NCBI GenBank assembly: GCA_017513085.1
Contig: JAFWDK010000008.1
Span: 9,000-72,999 of the forward strand
From: Clostridiales bacterium
GTDB lineage: Bacteria > Bacillota > Clostridia > Saccharofermentanales > Saccharofermentanaceae
DNA length: 64,000 nt
Reading direction: 5' to 3'
Position numbers and translations under genes: made by a program. The notes below the pieces were generated by a model, which saw nothing but the letters and a program-made list of their open reading frames with translations, had not been told where the DNA came from and did not search any database. Below, one piece after another: positions 1 through 10,779 of the stretch (position 1 is the first letter of the stretch; each line of letters starts with the position of its first letter).

Positions 1-1889
<1,889 letters not shown>

Positions 1890-1980
1890 GAAAAAAATCT
1901 CCTACTCGCATGGGTACCCCATATTTTTTCATATAGATATTATAGCGCAAGATTTTTATTCTTCCTAGCACTTTTAACAA

Positions 1981-2006
1981 AAGAGAGCCGATTTCTCGGC
2001 TCTCTT
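1981..2006 (-). terminator. Intrinsic terminator after the oxidoreductase operon
   Basis: 11-bp perfect stem AAGAGAGCCGA/TCGGCTCTCTT with a 4-nt loop. It is followed on the minus strand by TTTTGTT. It lies 90 nt downstream of the gamma-subunit stop. Confidence 0.6.
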
Positions 2007-2098
2007 TTATACTAAGTCACTATTTTGCCCTCAAATATCAATAAAAGGCGCATTTTGTAAAACTTTTGTGAACTTCTCCGCAAAGCGCTGATTCTACG

Positions 2099-2638
2099 TT
2101 ATTTCGCGAATTCAGCACCCTTATCAAAAGCATTGAGATTGTTCGGGATCATATGATGTCTTCTTTCCGGAAGAACATCATAGAGAGCTTTCTCAAAAGA
2201 CTCTCTGGTAAAAGCACCTGTTGCTGCAGATACACAGCCTAGGAGCACGATCGTGGCATATGCCATGGAACCAAGCTCACTTGCGATCTCAGAAGAATTG
2301 ATTGGAATAAAACGGATATCCGTACGCTTCGGAGATACCTTAACGAGCGAAGAGTCAATGATAATGATTCCGCCCGGCTTCAGTGTATCTTCAAACTTCT
2401 CCAGAGAAGGCTGGTTCAAAGCAATCAAAACATCCGGCTCATTGATGACCGGAGAACCGATCGGCTCATCGGAAATAACAACGGAACAGTTAGCTGTACC
2501 ACCACGCATTTCCGGACCATATGACGGGAACCAGGAAACCTCTTTACCTTCGATCAAAGCAGACTCTGCAGCCATCTTACCTGCAGAAAGGACACCCTGT
2601 CCACCGAATCCGGCGAGAATGATAGAAAAATCGATCAT
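2099..2638 (-). CDS. 2-oxoacid:ferredoxin oxidoreductase, gamma subunit
   Basis: ORF 2099..2884 trimmed to ATG 2638 (MIDFSIILAGFGGQGVLSAGK..EMRGGTANCSVVISDEPI). This is POR/KOR gamma-family sequence. The start lies 4 nt after the beta-subunit stop. Confidence 0.85.
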   Translation of the reverse strand: MIDFSIILAGFGGQGVLSAGKMAAESALIEGKEVSWFPSYGPEMRGGTANCSVVISDEPIGSPVINEPDVLIALNQPSLEKFEDTLKPGGIIIIDSSLVKVSPKRTDIRFIPINSSEIASELGSMAYATIVLLGCVSAATGAFTRESFEKALYDVLPERRHHMIPNNLNAFDKGAEFAK

Positions 2639-2642
2639 GTTA

Positions 2643-3389
2643 TTACACCTCCAGATCCTTACCCTTGAACACGCCCAAAGGATACTGTGGAACCATCTTC
2701 TCTTTACACCACTCGAGTGCCTCGATCGGTTCTTTACCCCAGTTGGTCGGGCATGTAGAAAGGAATTCAACCATCGCAAAACCAAGACCGGCCTGCTGAA
2801 CACGGAAAGCCTTAGCGATTGCCTTTTTAGCTTCCTGAATATGCTTGAAATCAAAGAGTGCGACACGCTCGATATAAACCGCACCGGTCAAAGTAGCCAG
2901 CATTTCACTGACGTTGATCGGATAACCACGGGTCTCTGCATCACGTCCCAGAGGAGAGGTTGTTGTAACCTGACCAAGAAGAGTTGTCGGAGCCATCTGA
3001 CCGGAAGTCATACCATATACGGCATTGTTAACGAAGAACGTGCAGATCTTCTCACCACGTGCTGCAGCATGAACGATCTCAGCAGTACCGATAGAAGCCA
3101 GGTCACCATCACCCTGATAGGTAAATACCATTTCTTCAGGCTTACAGCGCTTGATACCTGTTGCCACAGCCGGAGCACGACCATGTGCTGCCTGAACCAT
3201 ATCGCAGGAAAAATAATCGTAGTTATTGTATGTGCATCCTACCGATGCGACACCGATGGTCTTGTCGATGATATCCATCTCTTCCATTACTTCCGCAATC
3301 AAGCGGTGAATGATACCGTGCATACAACCCGGGCAGTAATGGAACGGCTTATCGGTCAGACCTTTTGTTTTCTGAAATACAACTGCCAT
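2643..3389 (-). CDS. 2-oxoacid:ferredoxin oxidoreductase, beta (TPP-binding) subunit
   Basis: 248 aa: HYCPGCMHGIIHR..QGDGDLASIG..FFVNNAVYGMTSGQ, a TPP-binding beta-subunit pattern. Tightly packed in the operon. Confidence 0.88.
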   Translation of the reverse strand: MAVVFQKTKGLTDKPFHYCPGCMHGIIHRLIAEVMEEMDIIDKTIGVASVGCTYNNYDYFSCDMVQAAHGRAPAVATGIKRCKPEEMVFTYQGDGDLASIGTAEIVHAAARGEKICTFFVNNAVYGMTSGQMAPTTLLGQVTTTSPLGRDAETRGYPINVSEMLATLTGAVYIERVALFDFKHIQEAKKAIAKAFRVQQAGLGFAMVEFLSTCPTNWGKEPIEALEWCKEKMVPQYPLGVFKGKDLEV

Positions 3390-3390
3390 C

Positions 3391-4461
3391 TTACATCTCC
3401 CCCTTATGAATCTTTACGATCTCATCCAGGATCTCTTTCTGAGTCGGCAGGTTACCACCCATACGACCATGGAAGTAGACCGGCTTCTTGCCATTAACGG
3501 CAAGGCGAACATCTTCGATCATCTGACCGGAAGAAAGCTCGACATCGAGGAAGCCCTTTACGCTCGGCATATCCGCAACGCGGGAGAATTCCTTGCTCGG
3601 GAAAGGCCACAAAGTGATCGGACGGACCATACCGACCTTGATACCCAGCTCGGCAGCCTGACGGATAACGTTCTTGCAGATACGGCTGCAAGTACCGTAA
3701 GCAGCGATCACGATCTCAGAATCGTCAAGGTTCGAGGATTCGAACATTACTTCCTTCTCCTCGATCTCACGGTATTTTTCCTGAAGTTCTCTGTTCTTAG
3801 CCTCCAGCTCATCCGGATCAATATAGATCGAAGTGATCGTGTTGTGCTTGGCACGGCCATGCATACCTGTTGTTGCCCAAGGCTTAGCTACTTCTTCAGT
3901 ATCTTCCTTCTCTTTAAAAGCAACAGGCTCCATCATCTGACCGATGGTACCATCACCGAGGATCATGCAGACCATTCTGTATTTATCAGCAAGATCAAAA
4001 GATTTTACTGTAAGCTCATAAAGCTCCTGTACGGAAGCAGGTGCGATAACCAGATTCTTGTAGTCACCATGTCCGCCGCCCTTGGTAGCCTGGAAATAGT
4101 CACCCTGAGACGGGAGAATACCACCGAGACCCGGACCGCCACGCATAATGTTTACGACAACAGCCGGAAGCTCAGCTCCGGCAATATAGGAAATACCTTC
4201 CTGCTTCAGAGAAATTCCCGGAGAGGAAGAAGATGTGAGAACTCTCTCTCCTGTTGCAGCAGCACCATAAACCATGTTGATTGCAGCCACTTCACTCTCT
4301 GCCTGTACAAATGTACCGCCATGCTTCACCATTTCTCTGGCCATGTAGTGCATGACTTCTGTCTGAGGTGTGATCGGGTAACCGAAATAATGACGGCAGC
4401 CGGCACGGATCGCCGCTTCAGCGATAACCTCATTACCCTTCATTAAAACTCTCTTTGCCAT
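3391..4461 (-). CDS. 2-oxoacid:ferredoxin oxidoreductase, alpha subunit
   Basis: MAKRVLMKGNEVIAEAAIRAGCRHYFGYPITPQTEV.. is a typical alpha-subunit N-terminus. ATG at 4461 is preceded by GGAGA with 7-nt spacing. The track start at 4467 is a TTG. Confidence 0.88.
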   Translation of the reverse strand: MAKRVLMKGNEVIAEAAIRAGCRHYFGYPITPQTEVMHYMAREMVKHGGTFVQAESEVAAINMVYGAAATGERVLTSSSSPGISLKQEGISYIAGAELPAVVVNIMRGGPGLGGILPSQGDYFQATKGGGHGDYKNLVIAPASVQELYELTVKSFDLADKYRMVCMILGDGTIGQMMEPVAFKEKEDTEEVAKPWATTGMHGRAKHNTITSIYIDPDELEAKNRELQEKYREIEEKEVMFESSNLDDSEIVIAAYGTCSRICKNVIRQAAELGIKVGMVRPITLWPFPSKEFSRVADMPSVKGFLDVELSSGQMIEDVRLAVNGKKPVYFHGRMGGNLPTQKEILDEIVKIHKGEM

Positions 4462-4472
4462 AACCAATCTCC

Positions 4473-4679
4473 TTACCTTTCCACCGTGATAACCGAATCA
4501 GGGCACTGTGTCGCACAGAAAGTACAACCGATGCACTGATCAGGATCTACACAGGAAGCCGGATGATAGCCCTTACTGTTCAAGCGCTCTTTGTCAAGCA
4601 CGAGGATCTTCTTAGGGCAGGCATATACACATAAGCCGCAGCCCTTACACAAATCTTCTTGAAAAGATACTTTAGCCAT
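4473..4679 (-). CDS. 4Fe-4S ferredoxin-type delta subunit of the oxidoreductase
   Basis: 68 aa with two CxxCxxCxxxCP motifs (CKGCGLCVYACP, CIGCTFCATQCP). First gene of the 4-gene operon. Confidence 0.85.
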   Translation of the reverse strand: MAKVSFQEDLCKGCGLCVYACPKKILVLDKERLNSKGYHPASCVDPDQCIGCTFCATQCPDSVITVER

Positions 4680-4712
4680 ATGTCCCTCCTGATATTTTAT
4701 TGCGTATTATGA

Positions 4713-4741
4713 ATTATAGTCTTGCCCCCCTGTAAAATCAA
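4713..4741 (-). promoter_or_regulatory. Sigma-A type promoter for the oxidoreductase operon
   Basis: On the minus strand: TTGATT (4741-4736), 17 nt, TATAAT (4718-4713). It lies about 35 nt upstream of the delta-subunit ATG and its GGAGGG RBS. Confidence 0.55.
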
Positions 4742-4899
4742 CCTCGCAAAAGGCTACGAATCTGAACGTTTTTGACTCTAGTTTCTATGTATTTTGCCAT
4801 TTTTGTCAGGATCGCCTCCTTCCTTTCGGCTCTCTACGTCAAAAGCACTTCATCGGAACAGAGTTGCTTCGAATCTTTGTAGATCGTACAAAAACAAAG

Positions 4900-4930
4900 C
4901 AGGGTTGCCTCTTCAAAAGAAGCAACCCTG
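4900..4930. terminator. Bidirectional intrinsic terminator
   Basis: CAGGGTTGC/GCAACCCTG stem flanked by an A-rich run upstream and TTCTTTTTT downstream. It sits 26 nt beyond the stop of the minus-strand gene 4956..6623. Confidence 0.65.
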
Positions 4931-4955
4931 TTCTTTTTTCAGGTTCTGACAAGTA

Positions 4956-6623
4956 TCAGATATTTCCTCTGTCTATACCATACTTTTTACAGATGTTCGT
5001 GAACTCTTCACTCTGTCCGAAGAAAGCAAGCACGCTATCTCTTGTCTGTGTTCCCTTTGCGATCTCACCTGTCCAGTAAGCAACTTCGCCTGCTTCCGGT
5101 TCACGATCCATGAAGGTCTTATACAGTCTATTCACGAACTCGTCGTCCTTAAGTTTGAGGTTAACAAACTCCTGGCTGGTGAAGAATTCTTTTGCAGCGG
5201 AACAACCTGTCTGTTCAAGGTTGGTAAGTGCCAAAGACCAGTACTTCAGGCCCGCCTCTTCTGCTTCTCTTCCAAGACAGCAGGTGTAAAGACGTGTAGC
5301 GAAGTTGATCGCGTTCTTAGAAGCAAACTCTGCTTTCGCTGTCGGCGCTCCGGACTTTACTCCGTATGTCGCGCAGACATTACACCATTCCTTCGAGTCG
5401 ATGAATCCCATGATGACCTGATCTCTGGTCATCGTCTTATTCTTCAGTTGACCTACCCAGAATGCCTTACCCTCTGCTTCGGAAGCACGTTCGAAGAACG
5501 TCTTATACAGTGTCTCAACGAAATCCTCATCGCCCAGGCCACGGTTCTTGAACTCAGGTGCTTCGATCAGGAAGAAGTAAGCACAATCACCACCTGTACG
5601 GTTCCCATCTTCGATCTCCTTGACCCAGAAAGCTTTTCCTTCCGGTTCAGACTCACGATTCAATGCGATCGTGTAAAGACGCTCAACGAAATCTGCGATA
5701 GAAGGTTCCTTATCCGGATCACCCGGAACAGGCGTTACCGGGGCAGGTGTTACAGGCGTCGGATCTCCTGGGGCCGGTGTAACCGGGGCAGGTGTAACAG
5801 GAGCCGGATCACCCGGGGCAGGTGTAACCGGGGCAGGTGTAACCGGTGCAGGTGTAACGGGAGTCGGATCACCTGGTGTCGGGGTCACAGGTGTTGGGGT
5901 GACGCCCTGCTCTGCTACGCAGAAACTCACAACGAGATCCTTGTTGTTGTAAATAATCGTTTCTGCTTCCGGATCCTGCTGAACGACCGTACATGTCTTG
6001 TCCGGATCTACGTTGTGGACCCATGTGATACTGAATCTGATTTCATGGGTATAACCACCTGCACGGAGTTTATCCTCTACTTCTTTTTGGGCCTCTTCAT
6101 ACCGCATACCCACTACATCCGGCATCTTCACACAAGCCATTGTCGGCGTCGGAACATCGGTAGGTTCTGACGGCGTCGGGGTGATCCCCTGCTCAGCCAC
6201 ATAAAGAGTAAAGGTATGTCTTTCGTTTCCCAATACCCACTTACCGGCTTCCGGGTCCTGGCTTTTGACCTTACATGTCAATTCAGGATCATTATTATGT
6301 ACCCAACAGATTCTAATTTCGAGATCAGCTGTAAACCCTTCTTCTTTAAACTTTTCCCTGATCTCCTGCTCGGCATCATGGTAATTCTTACCGACCACAT
6401 CAGGCATCTTCACACCAAACATTGTCGGCGTAGGAGCAGACAGTTGTTCATTGTCAGCAGATTCTTCCCGAAAAGATTCCTCAATTACATACGAATTCGA
6501 AGCCGTATCCAGGCACTGTTCCTCATCAGCCTGAACACTTGGCCGGTATACAATACTCGGAATCAAAGCCAAAGTCGTAGCTAACGACAAAAAGGCTGCA
6601 AATAGTCGTTTTCCTCTTTTCAT
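4956..6623 (-). CDS. Secreted protein: signal peptide, 2 PASTA-like domains, Pro/Thr linker, DUF4214 repeat module
   Basis: ATG 6623 (MKRGKRLFAAFLSLATTLALIPS) follows AAGGAGGAAAAAATG. There are two ~85-aa repeats with the PASTA pattern (VKMPDVVGKNYHDAEQEI.. and VKMPDVVGMRYEEAQKEV..). A PVTPAPVTPAPGDP linker follows. The C-terminus has repeated FVERLY/FVETLY/FATRLY/FVNRLY units typical of DUF4214. Confidence 0.8.
   Translation of the reverse strand: MKRGKRLFAAFLSLATTLALIPSIVYRPSVQADEEQCLDTASNSYVIEESFREESADNEQLSAPTPTMFGVKMPDVVGKNYHDAEQEIREKFKEEGFTADLEIRICWVHNNDPELTCKVKSQDPEAGKWVLGNERHTFTLYVAEQGITPTPSEPTDVPTPTMACVKMPDVVGMRYEEAQKEVEDKLRAGGYTHEIRFSITWVHNVDPDKTCTVVQQDPEAETIIYNNKDLVVSFCVAEQGVTPTPVTPTPGDPTPVTPAPVTPAPVTPAPGDPAPVTPAPVTPAPGDPTPVTPAPVTPVPGDPDKEPSIADFVERLYTIALNRESEPEGKAFWVKEIEDGNRTGGDCAYFFLIEAPEFKNRGLGDEDFVETLYKTFFERASEAEGKAFWVGQLKNKTMTRDQVIMGFIDSKEWCNVCATYGVKSGAPTAKAEFASKNAINFATRLYTCCLGREAEEAGLKYWSLALTNLEQTGCSAAKEFFTSQEFVNLKLKDDEFVNRLYKTFMDREPEAGEVAYWTGEIAKGTQTRDSVLAFFGQSEEFTNICKKYGIDRGNI
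5716..5906. repeat. Tandem ~15-nt (GGTGTAACCGGNGCA-like) repeat encoding the Pro/Thr/Val linker
   Basis: Successive near-identical ggtgtaaccggggca / ggtgtaacaggagcc / ggatcacccggggca units are visible on the + strand. They translate on the minus strand to (PVTPA)n with PGDP punctuation. Confidence 0.8.
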
Positions 6624-6814
6624 TTTTTCCTCCTTCTTACAAGAACCTGAAAATGCATCATACATTCTTAGGCAACCTCACAAATTCTTTGTATATTATA
6701 AAAAAATATGATGGTGCTGACAATAATGATACTACAATGACTTCTAGCAAAAAAAGACCCGCTTCCAACGAAATACAATCGTCGAAAACGGGTCTTATTA
6801 ATCAAATTAAATAA

Positions 6815-7237
6815 TCAAGCTTTTTCTTTCTTCAAAAGATCGCGGATCTCGGTAAGGAGCTCGATATCCTTTGGTGTCTCCTCTTCCTTTTCCTCTTCCT
6901 TCTTGGCAAGCTTTTCTTTAGCCTTATTCATAATACGAATAACAATAAAGATGCAGAATGCAATGATTATGAATTGAATAACCGCATTAATGAGAACGCC
7001 ATAGCCGATAGCTACTTCCTCTTTCACAACTTCACCCACAAGATTCGTTTCCGCTTCCTTAAGAACATACTTCATGTTTGCGAAATCCACGCCGGAAGTC
7101 AAAACACCAATGCAAGGCATAATGATGTTGTCCACAAGAGCAGTTACAATCTTACCGAAAGCGGCACCGATAACTACAGCAGTAGCCAAATCGATTACGT
7201 TTCCTCTCAACAGAAATGCTTTAAAATCTTTCCACAT
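6815..7237 (-). CDS. mscL: Large-conductance mechanosensitive channel
   Basis: MWKDFKAFLLRGNVIDLATAVVIGAAFGKIVTALVDNIIMP is the canonical MscL N-terminus. ATG 7237 has GGAGGG 7 nt upstream. The track start at 7243 is a TTG. Confidence 0.92.
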   Translation of the reverse strand: MWKDFKAFLLRGNVIDLATAVVIGAAFGKIVTALVDNIIMPCIGVLTSGVDFANMKYVLKEAETNLVGEVVKEEVAIGYGVLINAVIQFIIIAFCIFIVIRIMNKAKEKLAKKEEEKEEETPKDIELLTEIRDLLKKEKA

Positions 7238-7301
7238 AAACAAACCCTCCGTTCAATTGTTTCTAACTGTGATTATAACAAACCCTAAGAAAAATGAAGC
7301 A

Positions 7302-7688
7302 TCACTTCTTATCTTTTTTTTTCTTTTTTTTGTTCTTTTTTTCTTTCTCTTCTTTCTTGGCCTTATTCTTCTTCTTCACGACGACCGTTTCAGAAGCTAA
7401 AGTATCATTCACTTTTTCCGGAGCATTTTGAATCGTCTTCAGTTCATCGATCAAAGATTCGATCGTGTCACTATCTATACTATAAAAGCACTCACGTCCG
7501 ATCCGGTTTGCTTTGACGATCTTCTTTTCAACTAATACACGCATGTGGTAGGACAATGTCGGCTGCGAGATCTCCACATGAGCCAGAATATCTTTTGCTC
7601 TAAGGCTTTTTGCATCCGCAAGCGAATGTAATATCTGCATTCTGGTGCAATCGCCTATAACGGCAAAATATTCACTAAAATCCACCAT
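7302..7688 (-). CDS. ArsR/SmtB-family winged-helix transcriptional regulator with poly-lysine C-terminal tail
   Basis: DCTRMQILHSLADAKSLRAKDILAHVEISQPTLSYHMRVLVEKKIV is an ArsR HTH. The tail is KKKNKAKKEEKEKKNKKKKKKDKK. Confidence 0.8.
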   Translation of the reverse strand: MVDFSEYFAVIGDCTRMQILHSLADAKSLRAKDILAHVEISQPTLSYHMRVLVEKKIVKANRIGRECFYSIDSDTIESLIDELKTIQNAPEKVNDTLASETVVVKKKNKAKKEEKEKKNKKKKKKDKK

Positions 7689-7703
7689 ATGTCCCCCTTC
7701 GGA

Positions 7704-8336
7704 TCACGCAATCAATTGTCCTTTCAAAGCCTCTTCAAAATCAGACAAATTTGCACAAGCAACAACTTCCGTATTATCTTCCAACAGAATATCCTCATCA
7801 GCCTTCACCAGCATCGTCATCGGTACACCAAGCTTACGAAGCAGCAAAAGCTGATACTCTTTACTTGGCTGATTAGCCAGATACTTGCTGAGCATGCGAA
7901 GGACCTGCTTGGCATCTTCCAGATAAATACCGGACAGACGCATCAGATGGTCAATAACATAGACGCCGAAAACATCATCGAACATCATGTTCTTCTTTTC
8001 CGGGAAGCAGGAAGAAAAAACAGTCATAGCAATCTTGGAAACAAGGTTGAGATTGACAAAATCTGCAATCGGAATACAGAAACTCTTTACATTCGGAGAG
8101 AAGATCTCCTGGAGCTGTTCAACAGTGAGTTCGCCCTTAAGATCCTGGATCCTCTCAATACGAGCCAGAACACGGTCTCTTGGAAGGAACGTCTCCTGTC
8201 CGGTCGCCGTAGCCTTATGAATGAACCAGCTTTCCGGAATCAATTTCATTCTTTTCCAGCGATAAAGTGTTCCATAAGAAATACGTGCCGCCCGCAAGAG
8301 TTGCTTCTTAGAAATCAATTCTTCATTTTCAAACAT
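7704..8336 (-). CDS. DUF4004 (YhbD-like) MerR-type HTH protein
   Basis: LISKKQLLRAARISYGTLYRWKRMKLIPESWFIHKATATGQETFLPRDRVLARIERI matches the YhbD/DUF4004 N-terminal signature. Confidence 0.7.
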   Translation of the reverse strand: MFENEELISKKQLLRAARISYGTLYRWKRMKLIPESWFIHKATATGQETFLPRDRVLARIERIQDLKGELTVEQLQEIFSPNVKSFCIPIADFVNLNLVSKIAMTVFSSCFPEKKNMMFDDVFGVYVIDHLMRLSGIYLEDAKQVLRMLSKYLANQPSKEYQLLLLRKLGVPMTMLVKADEDILLEDNTEVVACANLSDFEEALKGQLIA

Positions 8337-8491
8337 GGCTTTTTCACCTCACAAAAGAATAGCTGCGGACATCTCCTATAGAAACATCCACAGCTATCAT
8401 TTTAAAGAGACAATGTTACAACTTCTAAACAGTCATGTAGCAATTCCGTTCCCTTTTGAATTCAGGCGGAAAAACAGGCATGTAAGAAGTA

Positions 8492-9325
8492 TTAAAGACC
8501 GAAAGCGTCGTAAAGCTCGTCAATAAATCCGTTATAATCGCCTTCCAGAATTGCTTCAAACGCAGGTCTGATGAGGAAGTACAACAGAATGCAGACTGCA
8601 AGGGCCACGATGATGCCGATGATCTTCCAGATCAAAACGGCACGGGAAAGATTCTTGCGGCTCTGCTTCTTGCCGGAAACAGAGAAAATAATGGAACTGA
8701 TCAAGCCAACGACCGGAATAGCAAAAAGGAACAGTAACCAGAAAGCACCACCGGTAGAAAGCGGCTTGGACTCTGTGACCGGCTCTCCGTAGACCTTGTC
8801 CTTCTTCTTTCCTTTCTTCTCTTCAACCGGTGCAGCGGCCGGCTGGGCAAATGTATTCGGTGTCAGAGGTGCCGGCACCGGAATTGGCGCAACGCCTGCC
8901 GATGATGTCTGCGCACTTGGAGCCGGCTGTTGGAATGCCGGAGCCGGAGAAGGGATCGGATTTTGAACAGGACTCGGAATGATCGGCTGATCGACCGGCT
9001 GTGAAGCAAAAGCAGCAACCGGAGCAACTTCCGGAACAGCTTCACTTACTGTCTCGCTTACTGTTTCTACAACTTCTTCTTTTTTCTTCGGTATAGCAAT
9101 GGGGGCACCCGGATCAAAAGATGCACTCGGAAGATCATCTACTTCCTGGTTCAACGTTTCAACCGCAGCTTCTGCTTTCTCTTCAATTACCTCCGGCGCC
9201 GACTGTGCTTCCGTTACCGCATCCGAAACAGCTCCCTGCACTGCTTCAGCAACCACGCTGGCACCACATGACGGACAAAACTTTACGCCATCCGGCAATG
9301 AAGATTCACATTTTGGACAAATCAT
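8492..9325 (-). CDS. Zinc-ribbon membrane protein (Pro/Ala-rich linker, C-terminal TM helices)
   Basis: MICPKCESSLPDGVKFCPSCGASV is a zinc ribbon. ATG 9325 has GGAGGG 7 nt upstream. There is a low-complexity P/A/V/E middle region and two hydrophobic helices near the C-terminus. Confidence 0.7.
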   Translation of the reverse strand: MICPKCESSLPDGVKFCPSCGASVVAEAVQGAVSDAVTEAQSAPEVIEEKAEAAVETLNQEVDDLPSASFDPGAPIAIPKKKEEVVETVSETVSEAVPEVAPVAAFASQPVDQPIIPSPVQNPIPSPAPAFQQPAPSAQTSSAGVAPIPVPAPLTPNTFAQPAAAPVEEKKGKKKDKVYGEPVTESKPLSTGGAFWLLFLFAIPVVGLISSIIFSVSGKKQSRKNLSRAVLIWKIIGIIVALAVCILLYFLIRPAFEAILEGDYNGFIDELYDAFGL

Positions 9326-9432
9326 ATTCGTACCCTCCCCAAAAAATCTATGAATTGACTTGTTTAACAAGACTCGATTTATTATATCATGTTTAGAGAT
9401 TTATTTAACAATTTTTATTGAAAGGAAAAAAT

Positions 9433-10779
9433 ATGCAGAACGACTTATCCTCCGGCAAACCATCATCTGTGCTCTGGCGCTTCTGTCTTCCTCTTTTTGC
9501 CAGCATGCTTTTTCAGCAGATGTACAGCATAGCAGATAGCCTGATTGCCGGCGGACTGATCGGAGAAGATGCTTTGGCTGCAGTCGGAAACAGTTATGAG
9601 ATCACATTCATCTATCTGGCCTTTGCTTTTGGCGCCAACATCGGCTGTTCCGTAATCGTTTCCAGGTTATTCGGTGCCGGACGCCATGAACAGATGAAGA
9701 CGGCCGTCTATACTTCTATTCTTCTGGTCATCGTAATGTGTGTGTTTCTCATGTCTATGGGTTTTATCGGGAACTCCGTTCTTCTCCAACTGATTCGCAC
9801 ACCGAAAGACATCTTCGCGGACTCCCGGAATTATCTTCTGATCTATACGGCAAGTCTTCCCTTCATGTTTTTCTATAATTTGTCCACCGGCATTTTCTCG
9901 GGGATCGGAGATTCCCGCACGCCCTTTCTCTTTCTCGCCATATCCTCAACGGCAAACGTGATCCTGGACTACGTATTTGTGAAATTCCTGCACCTCGGTG
10001 TCCCCGGGATAGCTTGGGCAACCTTGATCTGTCAGGGGATAAGTTGCATCTTATCCATGACCGTCGTATTTCATACACTCCAAAGGATCAAATGCGAGCA
10101 TAAACCAGCGCTTTTCTCGGCGCCCCTTCTTAAACAGATCCTGGCCATCGCCATACCGAGCATATTCCAGCAGAGCTTCATTTCAGTCGGCAACATTATT
10201 CTGCAGCGCATCATCAACGCATTCGGAACCGCTGTCATGGCCGGCTATTCCGCATCGATCAAGCTCAACAACCTTATGGTCTCTTCTTTTACTACCCTTG
10301 GAAATGGTATTTCAAACTACACCTCGCAGAATATCGGTGCCCAAAAACCGGAACGCATCCCGGAAGGACACCGCGTCGGCATACACCTGGAATGGCTGCT
10401 CTGCCTGCCGTTCTTGCTTTTGTATCTGGTCTTCGGGAAATATCTTCTCCTGCCTTTCATGGAAAACCCGACCGGAGAAGCCATCCGGACAGGCATTATG
10501 TTTCTTCGGATCGTGTCACCGTTTTATTTCGTCGCCGAAATCAAGCTTGTATCCGATGGCGTTTTGCGCGGTTCCAATCACCTGAAAGAATTCATGATCG
10601 CCACATTTACAGACCTGATCCTTCGCGTCGTGCTTTCCTTCGCGCTCTCGAAAACAAACCTCGGCGCTAACGGAATCTGGTGCTCATGGCCGATCGGATG
10701 GACCGTCGGAACGATCCTCTCCTACTTCTTCTACAAAAGCACTGTCAAAAAACTTATGTCTTCTCCTCAGAAGGAATGA
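9433..10779 (+). CDS. MATE-family efflux transporter
   Basis: 448 aa, polytopic. PSSVLWRFCLPLFASMLFQQMYSIADSLIAG is a typical MATE N-terminal motif. The first ATG in the ORF is 9433; the track start at 9418 is a TTG. Confidence 0.85.
   Translation: MQNDLSSGKPSSVLWRFCLPLFASMLFQQMYSIADSLIAGGLIGEDALAAVGNSYEITFIYLAFAFGANIGCSVIVSRLFGAGRHEQMKTAVYTSILLVIVMCVFLMSMGFIGNSVLLQLIRTPKDIFADSRNYLLIYTASLPFMFFYNLSTGIFSGIGDSRTPFLFLAISSTANVILDYVFVKFLHLGVPGIAWATLICQGISCILSMTVVFHTLQRIKCEHKPALFSAPLLKQILAIAIPSIFQQSFISVGNIILQRIINAFGTAVMAGYSASIKLNNLMVSSFTTLGNGISNYTSQNIGAQKPERIPEGHRVGIHLEWLLCLPFLLLYLVFGKYLLLPFMENPTGEAIRTGIMFLRIVSPFYFVAEIKLVSDGVLRGSNHLKEFMIATFTDLILRVVLSFALSKTNLGANGIWCSWPIGWTVGTILSYFFYKSTVKKLMSSPQKE

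Noticed and set aside
2253-3497. 414-aa + strand ORF across the oxidoreductase operon
   Set aside because: It is antisense to three genes with clear family motifs on the minus strand. Its translation is Ser/Arg/Cys/Thr-rich with no recognisable domain and no RBS.
4840-4850. Motif CAAAAGCACTT recurring at 4840, 26610, 27142 and 46267 (two copies extend to AAAAGCACTTACGCG)
   Set aside because: Two copies simply span TAA stop codons of unrelated minus-strand genes. By my rough estimate a 15-mer repeat is expected by chance in 64 kb counting both strands. The flanks share nothing else.
4956-5700. The DUF4214 C-terminal regions (4956-5700 vs 25640-26385, inverted orientation) as a recent duplication or inversion substrate
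   Set aside because: The nucleotide identity I could align by eye is only moderate, with many synonymous differences and no long perfect stretches. These are old paralogues and not active recombination repeats.
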